From the NCBI GenBank assembly GCA_017467815.1, contig JAFUKI010000057.1:4533-68532 (forward strand): a stretch of DNA of 64,000 nt, read 5' to 3'. Shown here piece after piece: positions 19,092 to 29,018 of this stretch. Each line of letters opens with the position of its first letter. Position 1 is the first letter of the stretch. The notes under the pieces were generated by a model, which was not told where the DNA came from, ran no database searches, and was given only the letters and a program-made list of their open reading frames with translations. Made by a program: the position numbers and the translations under genes. The DNA comes from Clostridia bacterium. GTDB lineage: Bacteria > Bacillota > Clostridia > Oscillospirales > CAG-272.

Positions 19092-19760
19092 TTATAAAAT
19101 CCAATCCTTCAGAACACGCCTGATTTCCGACGCGATCTGTTCTCTGGAAAACTGGGCATGATCATCCGCACAGGGCAGGATCGTCCACCCGCATTTTTCA
19201 CCGACATACAACGCCGCCTTACGGCATCTGGCAAGATACTGCCTGTCGGTTTCGTGAATATCCATCGCCTGTCCGGTTTCTCGGCTCCGCTTTTCCACAT
19301 TGGCATCGGAAAGCCATTGGGGAACGTCCAGAAGGATCACCCGATCCGGTGCCGGCAGATGCAGTTTCGCATATTCAAAATCCCAAAGCCAATCCAAGAA
19401 TGCGTCCCATTCCTCCTCGGACAGTTTGGACAGCTGGTGGTATGCGTTAGCGGTGGTATAGCGATTGGCGATCAGGATGGTGTCTTCCCTCTCCCAATCC
19501 GTCATCCAGTCCTGACGGTAACTGATATACCGGTCTGCCGCGAAAAACATGGATGCCGCATACGCTCCCGTATCTTCCGGCTTTCCGCCCAGTCCCCCGT
19601 TCAGGTACAGCCGCACGAATGCCGAGCTTTCACTCTCGTATACCGGAAAATCCAGAATGCGTACACGATACCCTTCCGCTTCCAGCTGTGCGGCAAGAAG
19701 TTTGCTCTGGGTTCCCTTGCCGGACCCGTCCAGACCTTCCAGTACAATAAATTTTCCCAT
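19092..19760 (-). CDS. tmk: Thymidylate (dTMP) kinase family protein
   Basis: MGKFIVLEGLDGSGKGTQ P-loop. SSAFVRLYLNG...AYAASMFFAADRY resembles the clostridial Tmk type. Confidence 0.75.
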   Translation of the reverse strand: MGKFIVLEGLDGSGKGTQSKLLAAQLEAEGYRVRILDFPVYESESSAFVRLYLNGGLGGKPEDTGAYAASMFFAADRYISYRQDWMTDWEREDTILIANRYTTANAYHQLSKLSEEEWDAFLDWLWDFEYAKLHLPAPDRVILLDVPQWLSDANVEKRSRETGQAMDIHETDRQYLARCRKAALYVGEKCGWTILPCADDHAQFSREQIASEIRRVLKDWIL

Positions 19761-19786
19761 TTATATTACTCCAGTTGATTCAAATT

Positions 19787-22700
19787 TTACTGCATTTCGT
19801 TTTTCAGGACCATTTCCATGAATTCCTGCTTAGTGATCAGCACGTTACGCGGCTTCTGACCTTCCGGCGGGCTGACATATCCCATCTGCTCCATACGGTC
19901 GATGAGCTTTGCCGCTCTGCCGTAGCCGAGAGACAGTCTTCTCTGGATCAGAGAGGTAGAGATCTTGCCGCTGTCCACTGCCAGTTCCAGTGCCTGACGC
20001 AGCATGGGATCCTCATCCCCGTCCATGCCCTCTTCCAGATCCGCCGCAACACCGCCGCCCTTTTTGCCGGAACCGCAGCGCAGTGCTTCTTTTTCGATCT
20101 GTTCCAGAACTTCATCGGAATAGGATTCGCATTTCTGGTTCATGTTCTTGATGTACGATACGATCTCCTCTACATCCGCTTCGGATACAAAGGCGCCCTG
20201 TACACGCATGGGTTTTGCCGCACCCACGGGATTGAACAGCATGTCCCCGCGTCCGATCAGATTTTCCGCACCGCTTCTGTCAATGATGGTACGGGAGTCC
20301 ACCTGGGAGGCGACCGTAAACGCAATACGGGAAGGAATGTTCGCTTTGATCAGACCGGTAATAACGTCAACGGAAGGACGCTGGGTACCGATGATCAGGT
20401 GCATACCTGCCGCACGGGCTTTCTGTGCCAGACGACAGATGGATTCTTCCACATCGTCCGGTGCTGTCATCATCAGGTCCGCAAGCTCGTCGATAATGAT
20501 AACGATCTGCGGTAAGTATTCGTAATCCGGGTCGTTCTTTGTGACTTCATTGAACATCTTCACATCCCGGACACCGACTGCTTCGATCAGTCCGAAACGG
20601 CGTTCCATTTCCCCGACCGCCCAGGACAAACTGCCTGCCGCCTTCTTGGGTTCACTGACCACGGGCACCAGAAGATGGGGAATACCGTTGTAGATGCTCA
20701 GTTCTACCTTTTTGGGGTCAACCAGAATCAACTTGACTTCGTCCGGTTTTGCTTTGTACAGCAGGCTGACAATCAGGCTGTTGATACATACGGATTTACC
20801 CATACCCGTTGCACCGGCAATGAGCAGGTGGGGCATTTTGGCAATATCAAAATAGATGGAATCCCCGGCAACGTCCGCACCGAGACAGCAAGTCAGCTTA
20901 CTTTTTGCTCCTGCAAATTTTTCGTCATCAATGAGTGTACGCAGATGTACCGTGGACTGCTTCTTGTTGGGCACTTCCACGCCGACTGCCGCTTTTCCGG
21001 GAATGGGTGCTTCAATACGTACACCGGTGGTAGCCAGATTCAGGGCAATATCGTCCACAAGATTGACAATGGAACGCACCTTTGTACCCGGTTCCGGGCA
21101 AAGTTCGTATCGGGTAATGGTCGGACCGCGGGAGATGTTTTCGATTTTGGTTTTTACGTTGAAACTGCGCAGGGTTTCCACCAGCTTTACGGCATTTTCC
21201 TGCAGTTCTTCCTTGATGTTCTGGGGCTGACCTTCCTTATCTTCCGTCAGTATGGAGATCGGCGGGAAATTGTATTCCGGTACAGGCTCCTTGGGCATCT
21301 TCACCGCAGGCGTCTGATTCTGGGCACTGCCGATGTTCTGGCGTGCGACACCGAGGGTACTGTCTTTCTGCATATATGCCGCCGACAGTCTGTCAAGCAG
21401 CGCCGCGTCTTCCGGATTGACAAAAATACCGGTCAGATCCACATTTCCGTCCCCGGATCTTGCTTCGGTTGAAATGGTTTTGACCCCGGTGGGTGTAATC
21501 AGCACATTGGATGCACCGGCAGCCGGTTCACCGATTACGTCAGCGGCAATTTCAGAAGAAATATCTTCCTCCTTCTCTTCTTCCGCAGGGTCATCCCAGG
21601 GTGCGCGGTCGTTCTCTTCCGGCAGCAGTTCCCCTCTGTCCAGTTCCAGACAGTTTTCCATATCGTTTTCGCTGTCTGCGGGCATGCTGTTTTCCTCTGC
21701 GGGACCATTGTTCTCCTGCAGTGTCATACCGGACTGACGGGCAGTTTTTTCCACCCGTTCTCTGGTACGGCGCATGACTTCATCAAAAATACGTTCATCC
21801 ACAGTACCGGCTTCGGGGGCAACATCCTCTGCCTCAGCAACAGGATGGGCTTCCGGCAGAACGATATCGGGCATATCTTCCAACCCGGCAGCGATCTTCC
21901 GTTTCTTCTTTTTCGGTTTCAGCTTGGTCCCGTCGTCATCCACGGGAATATCCGTCACACGGCAGCGGCGGACCTTGTACACTGTGGGATTCTTCGCGGG
22001 AACAGGATCGGGTTCCGGTGTGGGGATCGGGATCTGTTCCTGTTTTTTCGCTTCCCTCTCCTGGCGTTTCTTTTCCCGGAGATAGGCGGCATATTCTTCC
22101 TCGCGGATCCGGTTTTTCACGGCAATACCGCTTTGTGCCGCTTTTTCCCTTCTCTCCTCACGTTTTTCCCTTGCCACACGGATTTTGTACAGCAGCGTGA
22201 TCCAGATCCCTCTGGGTGTAATGCCGAACAAAAACAGGCCCAAAATAAACAGTGTGCCGAAAGCGATCACCAGTGTGCAGGCAGTACCGAAACCGCCGAG
22301 CAGAAGTCCGCCCAGCCACCCGCCGATAACACCGCCCCCATGGAGATTTCTTCCGTCTTCATACAGCGTTACAGGATGCAGTGTGGATGCACCTTTGTCA
22401 AACACATGAACCAGTACGGCAGTCATGGCGATGATCACCGCTACCGCCAGTACCTTCCAGCGTACAATACCGCATTCGTAATCGCTTCTCCAGAGAAACG
22501 CAAAGATCACCAGATACAGAGGAAGCGTATAGGCAATAACGCCGAACAAACCGCAGAATACGTGCTGGATGCCGCCGCCGACAATCCCGTCCCCCGCCAG
22601 CATACACACCGCCAGAAGAACCGCGCAAACTGCCAGCACATAAGGACCGACCGTATACGCGAAGGAACTGACTCCGCCGGCATCCTTTTCACTCCGGTTG

Positions 22701-22828
22701 TTTTTGGCTTTTTTATTTTCTTTTTTTATATCAGCAGCTTCTTTCGCGGATGTCTTTTTGGCAGTATTATCCGCTTTTGGGGAAGCCGCAGTCTTTTTTG
22801 TGGTTTTCGTTTTATTGGTCTGCGCCAT
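19787..22828 (-). CDS. ftsK: DNA translocase FtsK/SpoIIIE
   Basis: N-terminal TM helices, a long acidic/Pro-rich linker, and a motor domain with Walker A GATGMGKS and Walker B IIIDELADLMM. C-terminal gamma winged helix LIQRRLSLGYGRAAKLIDRMEQMGYV. ATG 22828 (MAQTNK...) has AAAGGG upstream; the track start is 22927. Confidence 0.95.
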   Translation of the reverse strand: MAQTNKTKTTKKTAASPKADNTAKKTSAKEAADIKKENKKAKNNRSEKDAGGVSSFAYTVGPYVLAVCAVLLAVCMLAGDGIVGGGIQHVFCGLFGVIAYTLPLYLVIFAFLWRSDYECGIVRWKVLAVAVIIAMTAVLVHVFDKGASTLHPVTLYEDGRNLHGGGVIGGWLGGLLLGGFGTACTLVIAFGTLFILGLFLFGITPRGIWITLLYKIRVAREKREERREKAAQSGIAVKNRIREEEYAAYLREKKRQEREAKKQEQIPIPTPEPDPVPAKNPTVYKVRRCRVTDIPVDDDGTKLKPKKKKRKIAAGLEDMPDIVLPEAHPVAEAEDVAPEAGTVDERIFDEVMRRTRERVEKTARQSGMTLQENNGPAEENSMPADSENDMENCLELDRGELLPEENDRAPWDDPAEEEKEEDISSEIAADVIGEPAAGASNVLITPTGVKTISTEARSGDGNVDLTGIFVNPEDAALLDRLSAAYMQKDSTLGVARQNIGSAQNQTPAVKMPKEPVPEYNFPPISILTEDKEGQPQNIKEELQENAVKLVETLRSFNVKTKIENISRGPTITRYELCPEPGTKVRSIVNLVDDIALNLATTGVRIEAPIPGKAAVGVEVPNKKQSTVHLRTLIDDEKFAGAKSKLTCCLGADVAGDSIYFDIAKMPHLLIAGATGMGKSVCINSLIVSLLYKAKPDEVKLILVDPKKVELSIYNGIPHLLVPVVSEPKKAAGSLSWAVGEMERRFGLIEAVGVRDVKMFNEVTKNDPDYEYLPQIVIIIDELADLMMTAPDDVEESICRLAQKARAAGMHLIIGTQRPSVDVITGLIKANIPSRIAFTVASQVDSRTIIDRSGAENLIGRGDMLFNPVGAAKPMRVQGAFVSEADVEEIVSYIKNMNQKCESYSDEVLEQIEKEALRCGSGKKGGGVAADLEEGMDGDEDPMLRQALELAVDSGKISTSLIQRRLSLGYGRAAKLIDRMEQMGYVSPPEGQKPRNVLITKQEFMEMVLKNEMQ

Positions 22829-23058
22829 GATGTACCCTTTCACAATATAGTATCTATTCAAAATATCCGTATAACAATACACTACCAGTATATATTGTAC
22901 CATGAAACCACGCAAATTACAAGTCAAAACGGAAACATTCTATGGTATTTCCGGCATTACGGAAACTTTTTCCCCCTGTAAATTCCGTTTATTTTGTGCA
23001 AAAATGCTTCATATATAAAAACAGACAGGCTTTCTTCACCTGTCCGTTCTGTATTCCA

Positions 23059-23874
23059 TTATACCAGTACGTCGATCTCGTCCCTGCAGACATCTCCGAC
23101 ACCATGCATCACATACATAGGTCTGTAAGGAAACTGGCGAATGGTTTCCAGGGTAGAAACGCCGGAAAGCACCAGCACCGTATCCAGTTCGCTTTCAATA
23201 CCGGCGATAATATCCGTATCCATTCTGTCACCGATCAGAGCCGCATCTCTGCGGGAGATCCCCAGTTTCTTCAGACCGTGGCGCATCATCAGAGGATTGG
23301 GTTTTCCTACGAAATACGGTTCCTGTCCGGTAGCAAGGGCGATGGGAGAGATCAGTGCGCGGCAAGCCGGAACGATTCCCACATCCGTCGGTCCGGTCAG
23401 GTCAGGATTGGTACCGATGAGCTTGGCGCCCTTCTGGACCAGCATCACTGCGTGTTCGATCTTTTCATAGGTAATGGAACGGGTCTCACCGAACACCACA
23501 TAGTCCGGATTGTAATCGTTCATGGCAAAACCGGCTTCGTACAGCGCATTCACAAGTCCCGGTTCTCCAATTACGTATGCACTGCCACCGGGACACTGGG
23601 TAGCCAAAAACGAAGCGGTAGCAAGGGCGCTGGTGTAAAAATGATCCTCACTGACATCAAGACCCATACGTGCCAGTTTGATGGACAATTCTCTGGGGGA
23701 ACGCTCGCTGCTGTTGGTCAGGAACAAAAATTCCTTCTCATTCTTCTGCAGCCAATCCACAAATTCTGCCACACCGTCCAGCAGGCGATTGCCGTGATAG
23801 ATCACACCGTCCATATCACAGATAAATCCTTTTTTGGCGTGAAGGGATCCCAGTGAGATTTTTTTATTTTCCAT
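23059..23874 (-). CDS. HAD-IIA family sugar phosphatase (NagD/YutF-like)
   Basis: FICDMDGVIYHG (DxDG nucleophile motif), LFLTNSS, GDRMDTDI. ATG 23874 with an AAAGGAAG Shine-Dalgarno. Confidence 0.85.
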   Translation of the reverse strand: MENKKISLGSLHAKKGFICDMDGVIYHGNRLLDGVAEFVDWLQKNEKEFLFLTNSSERSPRELSIKLARMGLDVSEDHFYTSALATASFLATQCPGGSAYVIGEPGLVNALYEAGFAMNDYNPDYVVFGETRSITYEKIEHAVMLVQKGAKLIGTNPDLTGPTDVGIVPACRALISPIALATGQEPYFVGKPNPLMMRHGLKKLGISRRDAALIGDRMDTDIIAGIESELDTVLVLSGVSTLETIRQFPYRPMYVMHGVGDVCRDEIDVLV

Positions 23875-23934
23875 AATTCTTCCTTTTCCAGAATTTACTT
23901 TTTCAGACTTTATCATTCATAATTGACAGAAAAC

Positions 23935-23963
23935 TTGCATTCTTCCATTTTTTGTGGTATACT
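23935..23963 (+). promoter_or_regulatory. Candidate sigma-A promoter TTGCAT-17-TGgTATACT
   Basis: -35 at 23935-23940, a 17-nt spacer, and an extended -10 at 23955-23963. Lies upstream of the YabE-like gene. Confidence 0.5.
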
Positions 23964-23976
23964 ATCCTAAAGTACA

Positions 23977-25626
23977 GTGGGAACAAAGTGCTTTATTCTG
24001 ATTTTTCTGTCATACTACCAATATTATACATTACTTTTTCTCATTTGTACAGAGGTTCATCCCACTTTTCCGGAAAATGAACCCGTTATTTTTCCACAGA
24101 AAGGAAGATATCCCTTGGATAACAAGCAGCCTACCGAAAACATACAGTCCAACACCAGAGTACGCCGGGACCGCATGACGCCGGAAGAACGCAGCCGTGT
24201 TCAGAAGGGTTTTCCCACCCGTGAGAACGCCACTGCCGCCACTCCTCCTGCCGCCAACCGCCGTCCAAGCGGTGATGGCACCATTCCCCAGTATATGCGC
24301 CGCGGTGAAGTACCCGTACGTACCCAAAAACCCGCCGCACCGGTCAAGCACTCGGATACGGTAACCCAGACCCGTTCTCCTGCTGCCAACCGTGCCATCG
24401 CCAGCGGCATTCCCACAAGAGCCCCGCGCCGTCCTGCGGAAGATCCGGCTGAAGCTACCCTCACCGTAGACCGCGCCGCCCTGACCCGTCTGGCTGCCAA
24501 AAGCAGTCCGGATACAGAGGATGATGCAGTAACCACCGTTATTGAAAGACCTGTTCAGGCTACAGCTGTCCTGACAAAAGAAGCACCCGAAAAAGCCGCC
24601 GGATCCGCGTCTGTACCGGCAGAAACAAGTGGTACTAAAGAGGTTTCCGCCGATGCACCCTCTGTTTTCTCCATAATCCGCAAGAACCTGCTTCCCATCG
24701 TATGTTCTGCCGCGATCGTTCTGGCAATATGCATTCTCCTGCCCGTTTCTCTGGCAGCCAAGCAGAACTATGAGCCAGATTACGATATGACTCTCGGCAA
24801 GAGTGAAGACGCCGTTGTGCTGAATGCCCTTACCGATGAACAGATCGTGGGCATTACCGGTGAAGGTGAAACCGCAAAACCCATCGAAACAAAATTCCAG
24901 ATTACTCTCGATTTCTTTGACAGAGACAGTATCTCCGTCTCCACTTCCCCCATCACCCTCTCGGCATTTCTGGAGAAGATCGGTTATTCTCCCAGAGTCA
25001 GTGACCGCTTCCCCTGCGAAATGGAAACACAACTGACGGAAGATACGGTTCTGAATGTGGACACCGTCCTCTACAATACCGTGGAAGAATCCGTGGAAAT
25101 CCCCTATGAAGCCACGGTTGTGGATGTGCAGACCATACCCAGAGGAAGCACGCAGGTTGTCCAGAACGGCAAGAACGGCAGTAAGATTCTCACCTATTCC
25201 ATTGAAATCGTCAACGGCGAGGAAACCGGCCGTACCCTGACCAGCGAAGTGGTGGAAACCCAGCCGGTGAATGAAATTTCCCATCACGGCATCGGCGGTA
25301 CTCTGGTAGGAAATGACGGCAAGACCTACAGTTATTCCTATTATCGTGTTGTCAACGCCACCTATTACAATCTGGAAGGTCCTACATATCTGGGTTACGA
25401 CGCGGACGAATCCGTTATTGCCGTTGACCCGAACTACATTCCCCTGGGTACCAAGGTATATGTCAAGAATGACAAATACGACTTCGGTGTACGTACAGCG
25501 GCAGATACCGGTTCCATGATCAAAGGCTGGGAAGTGGATATCTGGCTCGGCAACAACAACCCCCAGCTTGCGTCCTTTGCGTATACCGGATACCATTACG
25601 ATATGCGTATTTACTACCTGGACTGA
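23977..25626 (+). CDS. YabE-like cell-wall protein (low-complexity N-terminus, TM, DUF348-like, G5 and 3D domains)
   Basis: The C-terminal 3D domain has VIAVDPNYIPLGTKVYV...ADTGSMIKGWEVDIWL. The G5-like segment is EIPYEATVVDVQTIPRGSTQVVQNGKNGSKILTYSIEIVNGEE. The true start is more likely TTG 24115 (AAAGGAAG 7 nt upstream) than GTG 23977. Confidence 0.85.
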   Translation: MGTKCFILIFLSYYQYYTLLFLICTEVHPTFPENEPVIFPQKGRYPLDNKQPTENIQSNTRVRRDRMTPEERSRVQKGFPTRENATAATPPAANRRPSGDGTIPQYMRRGEVPVRTQKPAAPVKHSDTVTQTRSPAANRAIASGIPTRAPRRPAEDPAEATLTVDRAALTRLAAKSSPDTEDDAVTTVIERPVQATAVLTKEAPEKAAGSASVPAETSGTKEVSADAPSVFSIIRKNLLPIVCSAAIVLAICILLPVSLAAKQNYEPDYDMTLGKSEDAVVLNALTDEQIVGITGEGETAKPIETKFQITLDFFDRDSISVSTSPITLSAFLEKIGYSPRVSDRFPCEMETQLTEDTVLNVDTVLYNTVEESVEIPYEATVVDVQTIPRGSTQVVQNGKNGSKILTYSIEIVNGEETGRTLTSEVVETQPVNEISHHGIGGTLVGNDGKTYSYSYYRVVNATYYNLEGPTYLGYDADESVIAVDPNYIPLGTKVYVKNDKYDFGVRTAADTGSMIKGWEVDIWLGNNNPQLASFAYTGYHYDMRIYYLD

Positions 25627-25657
25627 CACACATCGGCAAAATACTGAATTCTGTTGC

Positions 25658-25689
25658 GGGCGGATATCAAGATCCGCCCCTGCGTTTTC
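25658..25689 (+). terminator. Intrinsic-terminator-like hairpin after the YabE-like gene
   Basis: GGGCGGAT-atcaag-ATCCGCCC (25658-25679), followed by CTGCGTTTTCC. Confidence 0.5.
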
Positions 25690-25718
25690 CTGTATACAGG
25701 ATCTGAAAGGAGTATATT

Positions 25719-26870
25719 ATGAACTTTGATAAATTACGCGGTTTTCAGGAACATCTTACCTCCTGGAAAATTCCGGGCAACGACTGTATGGTACGTATGA
25801 ACCACGAGGATGTATACCGTCATCAGTCCGGCTATGCCAATATGGAGACCGGGCAGAAAATGAAGGGGGATGAGCTGTATTTCATGTGGTCCGCCTCCAA
25901 GCCCATCACCTGTGCCCTGGCTCTGACGCTGTATGAACGGGGACTGTTCCATCTGAATGATCCCCTGTACGAATATCTCCCGGAATACAAGGATGTACTG
26001 CTGGAAGTCAAGGATGAAAACGGCTGCAAAAATTATGTGACGCCGAAAAATCCCATTCTGGTGAAGCATCTCTTTACCATGTCCGCAGGTTTTCCCTATT
26101 CTTTCAACACCCCCGCTGTACAGGCTGTAAAGGAAGCTACCGGCGGCAGATGCCCCACCAGAGAAGTGGTACGGGCGCTGGCACAGGTTCCCCTTCAGTT
26201 TGAACCCGGTACCGGCTGGGAATACAGTATCTGTCACGATATTCTCGCCGGCATGATCGAAGTAGTATCCGGCAAACCTGTCAGACAGTACGCCAAGGAA
26301 ATGATCTTCGATCCTCTGGAAATGCACGATACCTGCTACAATATGCCGGATGAAAGCAAGTTGTCCCGTATGGCGGTGCAGTACAATTTCCGGGACGACA
26401 TCAACAAAGCCGTTCCCACCAACAACACCTGCAACTATATGATCGGTCCCGATTTTGACAGCGGCGGCGCAGGGGTTGTTTCCACCATTGAAGATTATAT
26501 GCAGTTCGCCGATGCGCTGGCCAATGGCGGACAGGCGAAGAACGGCGAATATATTCTCTCCCCTGCCACCGTACGGCTTATGTGTACCAATTTCCTCTCC
26601 GATGCACAGCAGAAGGACTTCAATACCAAGCTCTTCTGGTACATCGGCTACGGCTACGGACTGGGTGTGCGCACCATGGCCGATCCGGTTCTCGGCGGTG
26701 CCAATTCTCCCCTGGGTGAATTCGGCTGGGGCGGCGCTGCCGGTTCGTATATTCTCATGGATACCACCAACAAACTCACCCTGGTATACGCCCACCATAT
26801 GCTGAACAATCAGGAGATGTATTTCCACTCCAGACTCCGCAATGTACTCTACGGATGTCTGTATGAATGA
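25719..26870 (+). CDS. Serine hydrolase, beta-lactamase (class C/PBP4*-like) family
   Basis: 383 aa. SxxK motif in WSASKPITCALAL. The overall length and pattern fit the beta-lactamase-related esterase family. Confidence 0.8.
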   Translation: MNFDKLRGFQEHLTSWKIPGNDCMVRMNHEDVYRHQSGYANMETGQKMKGDELYFMWSASKPITCALALTLYERGLFHLNDPLYEYLPEYKDVLLEVKDENGCKNYVTPKNPILVKHLFTMSAGFPYSFNTPAVQAVKEATGGRCPTREVVRALAQVPLQFEPGTGWEYSICHDILAGMIEVVSGKPVRQYAKEMIFDPLEMHDTCYNMPDESKLSRMAVQYNFRDDINKAVPTNNTCNYMIGPDFDSGGAGVVSTIEDYMQFADALANGGQAKNGEYILSPATVRLMCTNFLSDAQQKDFNTKLFWYIGYGYGLGVRTMADPVLGGANSPLGEFGWGGAAGSYILMDTTNKLTLVYAHHMLNNQEMYFHSRLRNVLYGCLYE

Positions 26871-26926
26871 ACGTATTTTTCATCCTTTTTTCCTTTTCCC
26901 TATTTCTTCTGTATGTTTAAAAAATA

Positions 26927-26955
26927 TTGACATACCCCCCGTTATGGTGTATAAT
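26927..26955 (+). promoter_or_regulatory. Consensus sigma-A promoter TTGACA-17-TATAAT
   Basis: TTGACA at 26927-26932, a 17-nt spacer, TATAAT at 26950-26955. Lies 50 nt upstream of the NusG_II gene ATG. Confidence 0.7.
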
Positions 26956-27004
26956 ATATTTTGATTATTTATGCCTTTATGACACGAAAAAAGGGGAGAA
27001 AGCC

Positions 27005-27379
27005 ATGCTGCCGGCAAAACGTATTACCATCGGAGATATGTTTGTACTGATATTCTCCCTTCTCCTCTTTGTTTTCCTCGCCATCCGACCTCTTGCGGCA
27101 GCGGATGGAAATTACTGTATCCTGACTGTCGGGGACACCAAGCAGGTCTGTTCCCTGACCGAAAACCGCACCATTCCCGTGGAAAACGGCGGCTATTCCC
27201 TGCGTGTGGAGATATGTGACGGTACAGCGGCGATCATCGCTTCCGACTGTCCCGATCAGGTCTGTGTTCATACGGGAAGAATTTCCAAAACCGGACAGGC
27301 GGCGGCTTGTGTTCCGGCAGGGGTGATCCTGCACATCACGGGAGACACCGGGGACGAGGAGGATTTCCGTGTGGGATAA
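27005..27379 (+). CDS. NusG domain II-containing membrane-anchored protein
   Basis: ATG 27005 after GGGGAGAAA. An N-terminal TM helix, then ILTVGDTKQV...YSLRVEICDGTAAIIASDCPDQVCVHTGRISKTGQAAACVPAGVILHITG, the pattern of NusG_II-family small proteins. Confidence 0.75.
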   Translation: MLPAKRITIGDMFVLIFSLLLFVFLAIRPLAAADGNYCILTVGDTKQVCSLTENRTIPVENGGYSLRVEICDGTAAIIASDCPDQVCVHTGRISKTGQAAACVPAGVILHITGDTGDEEDFRVG

Positions 27380-27887
27380 AGATCGTTTTATACGGCAGGT
27401 ACTGTACTGTGCCATGTACACCTCTCTTGCCCTGATGCTGTCCTTTGTGGAAGCCATCCTTCCCTTAACGGCAGCGATTCCCTTGCCCGGTTTCAAGCTG
27501 GGACTGGCGAATCTGGCGATCATGGACAGCGCGTTCCGGATGGGAATGCCTGCTGCGATAGCCGTTTCCCTTGGCAGGATCATTCTGATGGGCATTCTTT
27601 TCGGCAATATCACATCGTTTCTGTTTTCCCTTTGCGGCGGCATAACGGTACTGCTGCTCCTTGCTGTATGCAGACGTTTTTCGGGTGCTTTCAGTTTCGT
27701 AGGCATCTCCGTACTGTGTGCTATGGGACATTCCGCCGGACAGCTGTTCTGTGCTGTATGCATCATGGGAAACGGAGCAGCTCTGGTAACCACCTATGCA
27801 CCGTTTCTGGCAGCCGCATCCCTGATTTTCGGTGCTGTAAACGGGTTCCTGCTTCTCGGTATTGCGCCACGGCTTCCGAAAATATGA
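27369..27887 (+). CDS. Gx transporter family protein (heptaprenyl-diphosphate-synthase-component-I-like membrane protein)
   Basis: 172 aa, ~5 TM helices, LANLAIM...GRIILMGILFGN pattern. The GTG start overlaps the upstream stop by 11 nt, which suggests translational coupling. Confidence 0.7.
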   Translation: MWDKDRFIRQVLYCAMYTSLALMLSFVEAILPLTAAIPLPGFKLGLANLAIMDSAFRMGMPAAIAVSLGRIILMGILFGNITSFLFSLCGGITVLLLLAVCRRFSGAFSFVGISVLCAMGHSAGQLFCAVCIMGNGAALVTTYAPFLAAASLIFGAVNGFLLLGIAPRLPKI

Positions 27888-27933
27888 TTTCTGCAATTCC
27901 CTGCATATAAAATTCTATGTGTAGCAAAGAAGG

Positions 27934-28980
27934 TTGAAAATGAAAAAAACAAAACTTCTCTCCGCCCTGCTGGCTATACTGCTCCTTACCCTCTCCCTGA
28001 CCTCCTGCGGTCAGAAGATCTCTTATGCCGATACGGTATTTGTCGGTATGGATACCGTGATCACCCTGCGTCTGGCAAAGAACGGGGTATCGGAAGAGAC
28101 CCTTACCGAAGCAGCAGAACAGTGTCAGCAGCTGGTGGCATCCTATGAAAAGATTCTCTCCGCCCACGAAGAAAACAGCGATGTCGCTGCGCTGAACAAG
28201 GATGTACAGATGCAGCTGGATACCGATCCCCTGCTGCTGACGGTACTGGACACCGCTTTTCAGATCACCGAACTGACGGACGGCGCTTATGATCCCACCA
28301 TCGGTTCCCTGACTTCCCTGTGGAATATTACCGGCGGCGGTCCCGTTCCGGAAAGAGGGGATATCCGTGAAGCCATGAAGCACGTGGGTGTGGACAAGCT
28401 CACCGTTGACGGCACCACCATTATTAAAAATGACCAGCTTACCCAGATTGACCTGGGCGGCGTAGGAAAGGGATACACCCTTCAGGCCATGCTCACCTAT
28501 TTGAGCAGCACCGATATTCCCTACGGTATTGTATCCATGGGCGGCAATATCGGCGTATTCGGCACCAAAGGCAACGATACACCCTACAAGATCGGTATCA
28601 AAGATCCCCGGAATACGGACAGTGTTGTGGGATATCTTTATGCAGGGGGCGGATTTGTTTCCGTTTCCGGCGATTATGAGAGATATTTTGAAGACCAGGG
28701 GGAAAGATATCATCATATCATCGATCCCGAAACCGGTTATCCGGCGGACAACGGTCTGACCAGCGTAATCTGCTACACCCAGAACGGTGCTTCTGCCGAT
28801 GCGCTTTCCACTGCCCTGTTTGTAATGGGTCTGGAAGAATCTCTCGCTTTTTATAAAGAAGGCAGTATTTCCTTTGAAGCCATCTTCATTACGGAAGATT
28901 ACAAAATTTACATGACCGACGGTATCCGTGAAAAGGATCTGTTTGAACTGACCGCCTCCAAGTATACCATCGTCGAGTAA
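27934..28980 (+). CDS. apbE: FAD:protein FMN transferase ApbE (lipoprotein)
   Basis: Lipobox LTLSLTSCG, LGGVGKGY, YHHIIDPETGYP, ADALSTALFVMG. Confidence 0.93.
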   Translation: MKMKKTKLLSALLAILLLTLSLTSCGQKISYADTVFVGMDTVITLRLAKNGVSEETLTEAAEQCQQLVASYEKILSAHEENSDVAALNKDVQMQLDTDPLLLTVLDTAFQITELTDGAYDPTIGSLTSLWNITGGGPVPERGDIREAMKHVGVDKLTVDGTTIIKNDQLTQIDLGGVGKGYTLQAMLTYLSSTDIPYGIVSMGGNIGVFGTKGNDTPYKIGIKDPRNTDSVVGYLYAGGGFVSVSGDYERYFEDQGERYHHIIDPETGYPADNGLTSVICYTQNGASADALSTALFVMGLEESLAFYKEGSISFEAIFITEDYKIYMTDGIREKDLFELTASKYTIVE

Positions 28981-29018
28981 GTCTGCTCCGATCCCATTTC
29001 CAGAAAGGCAAATGAATC

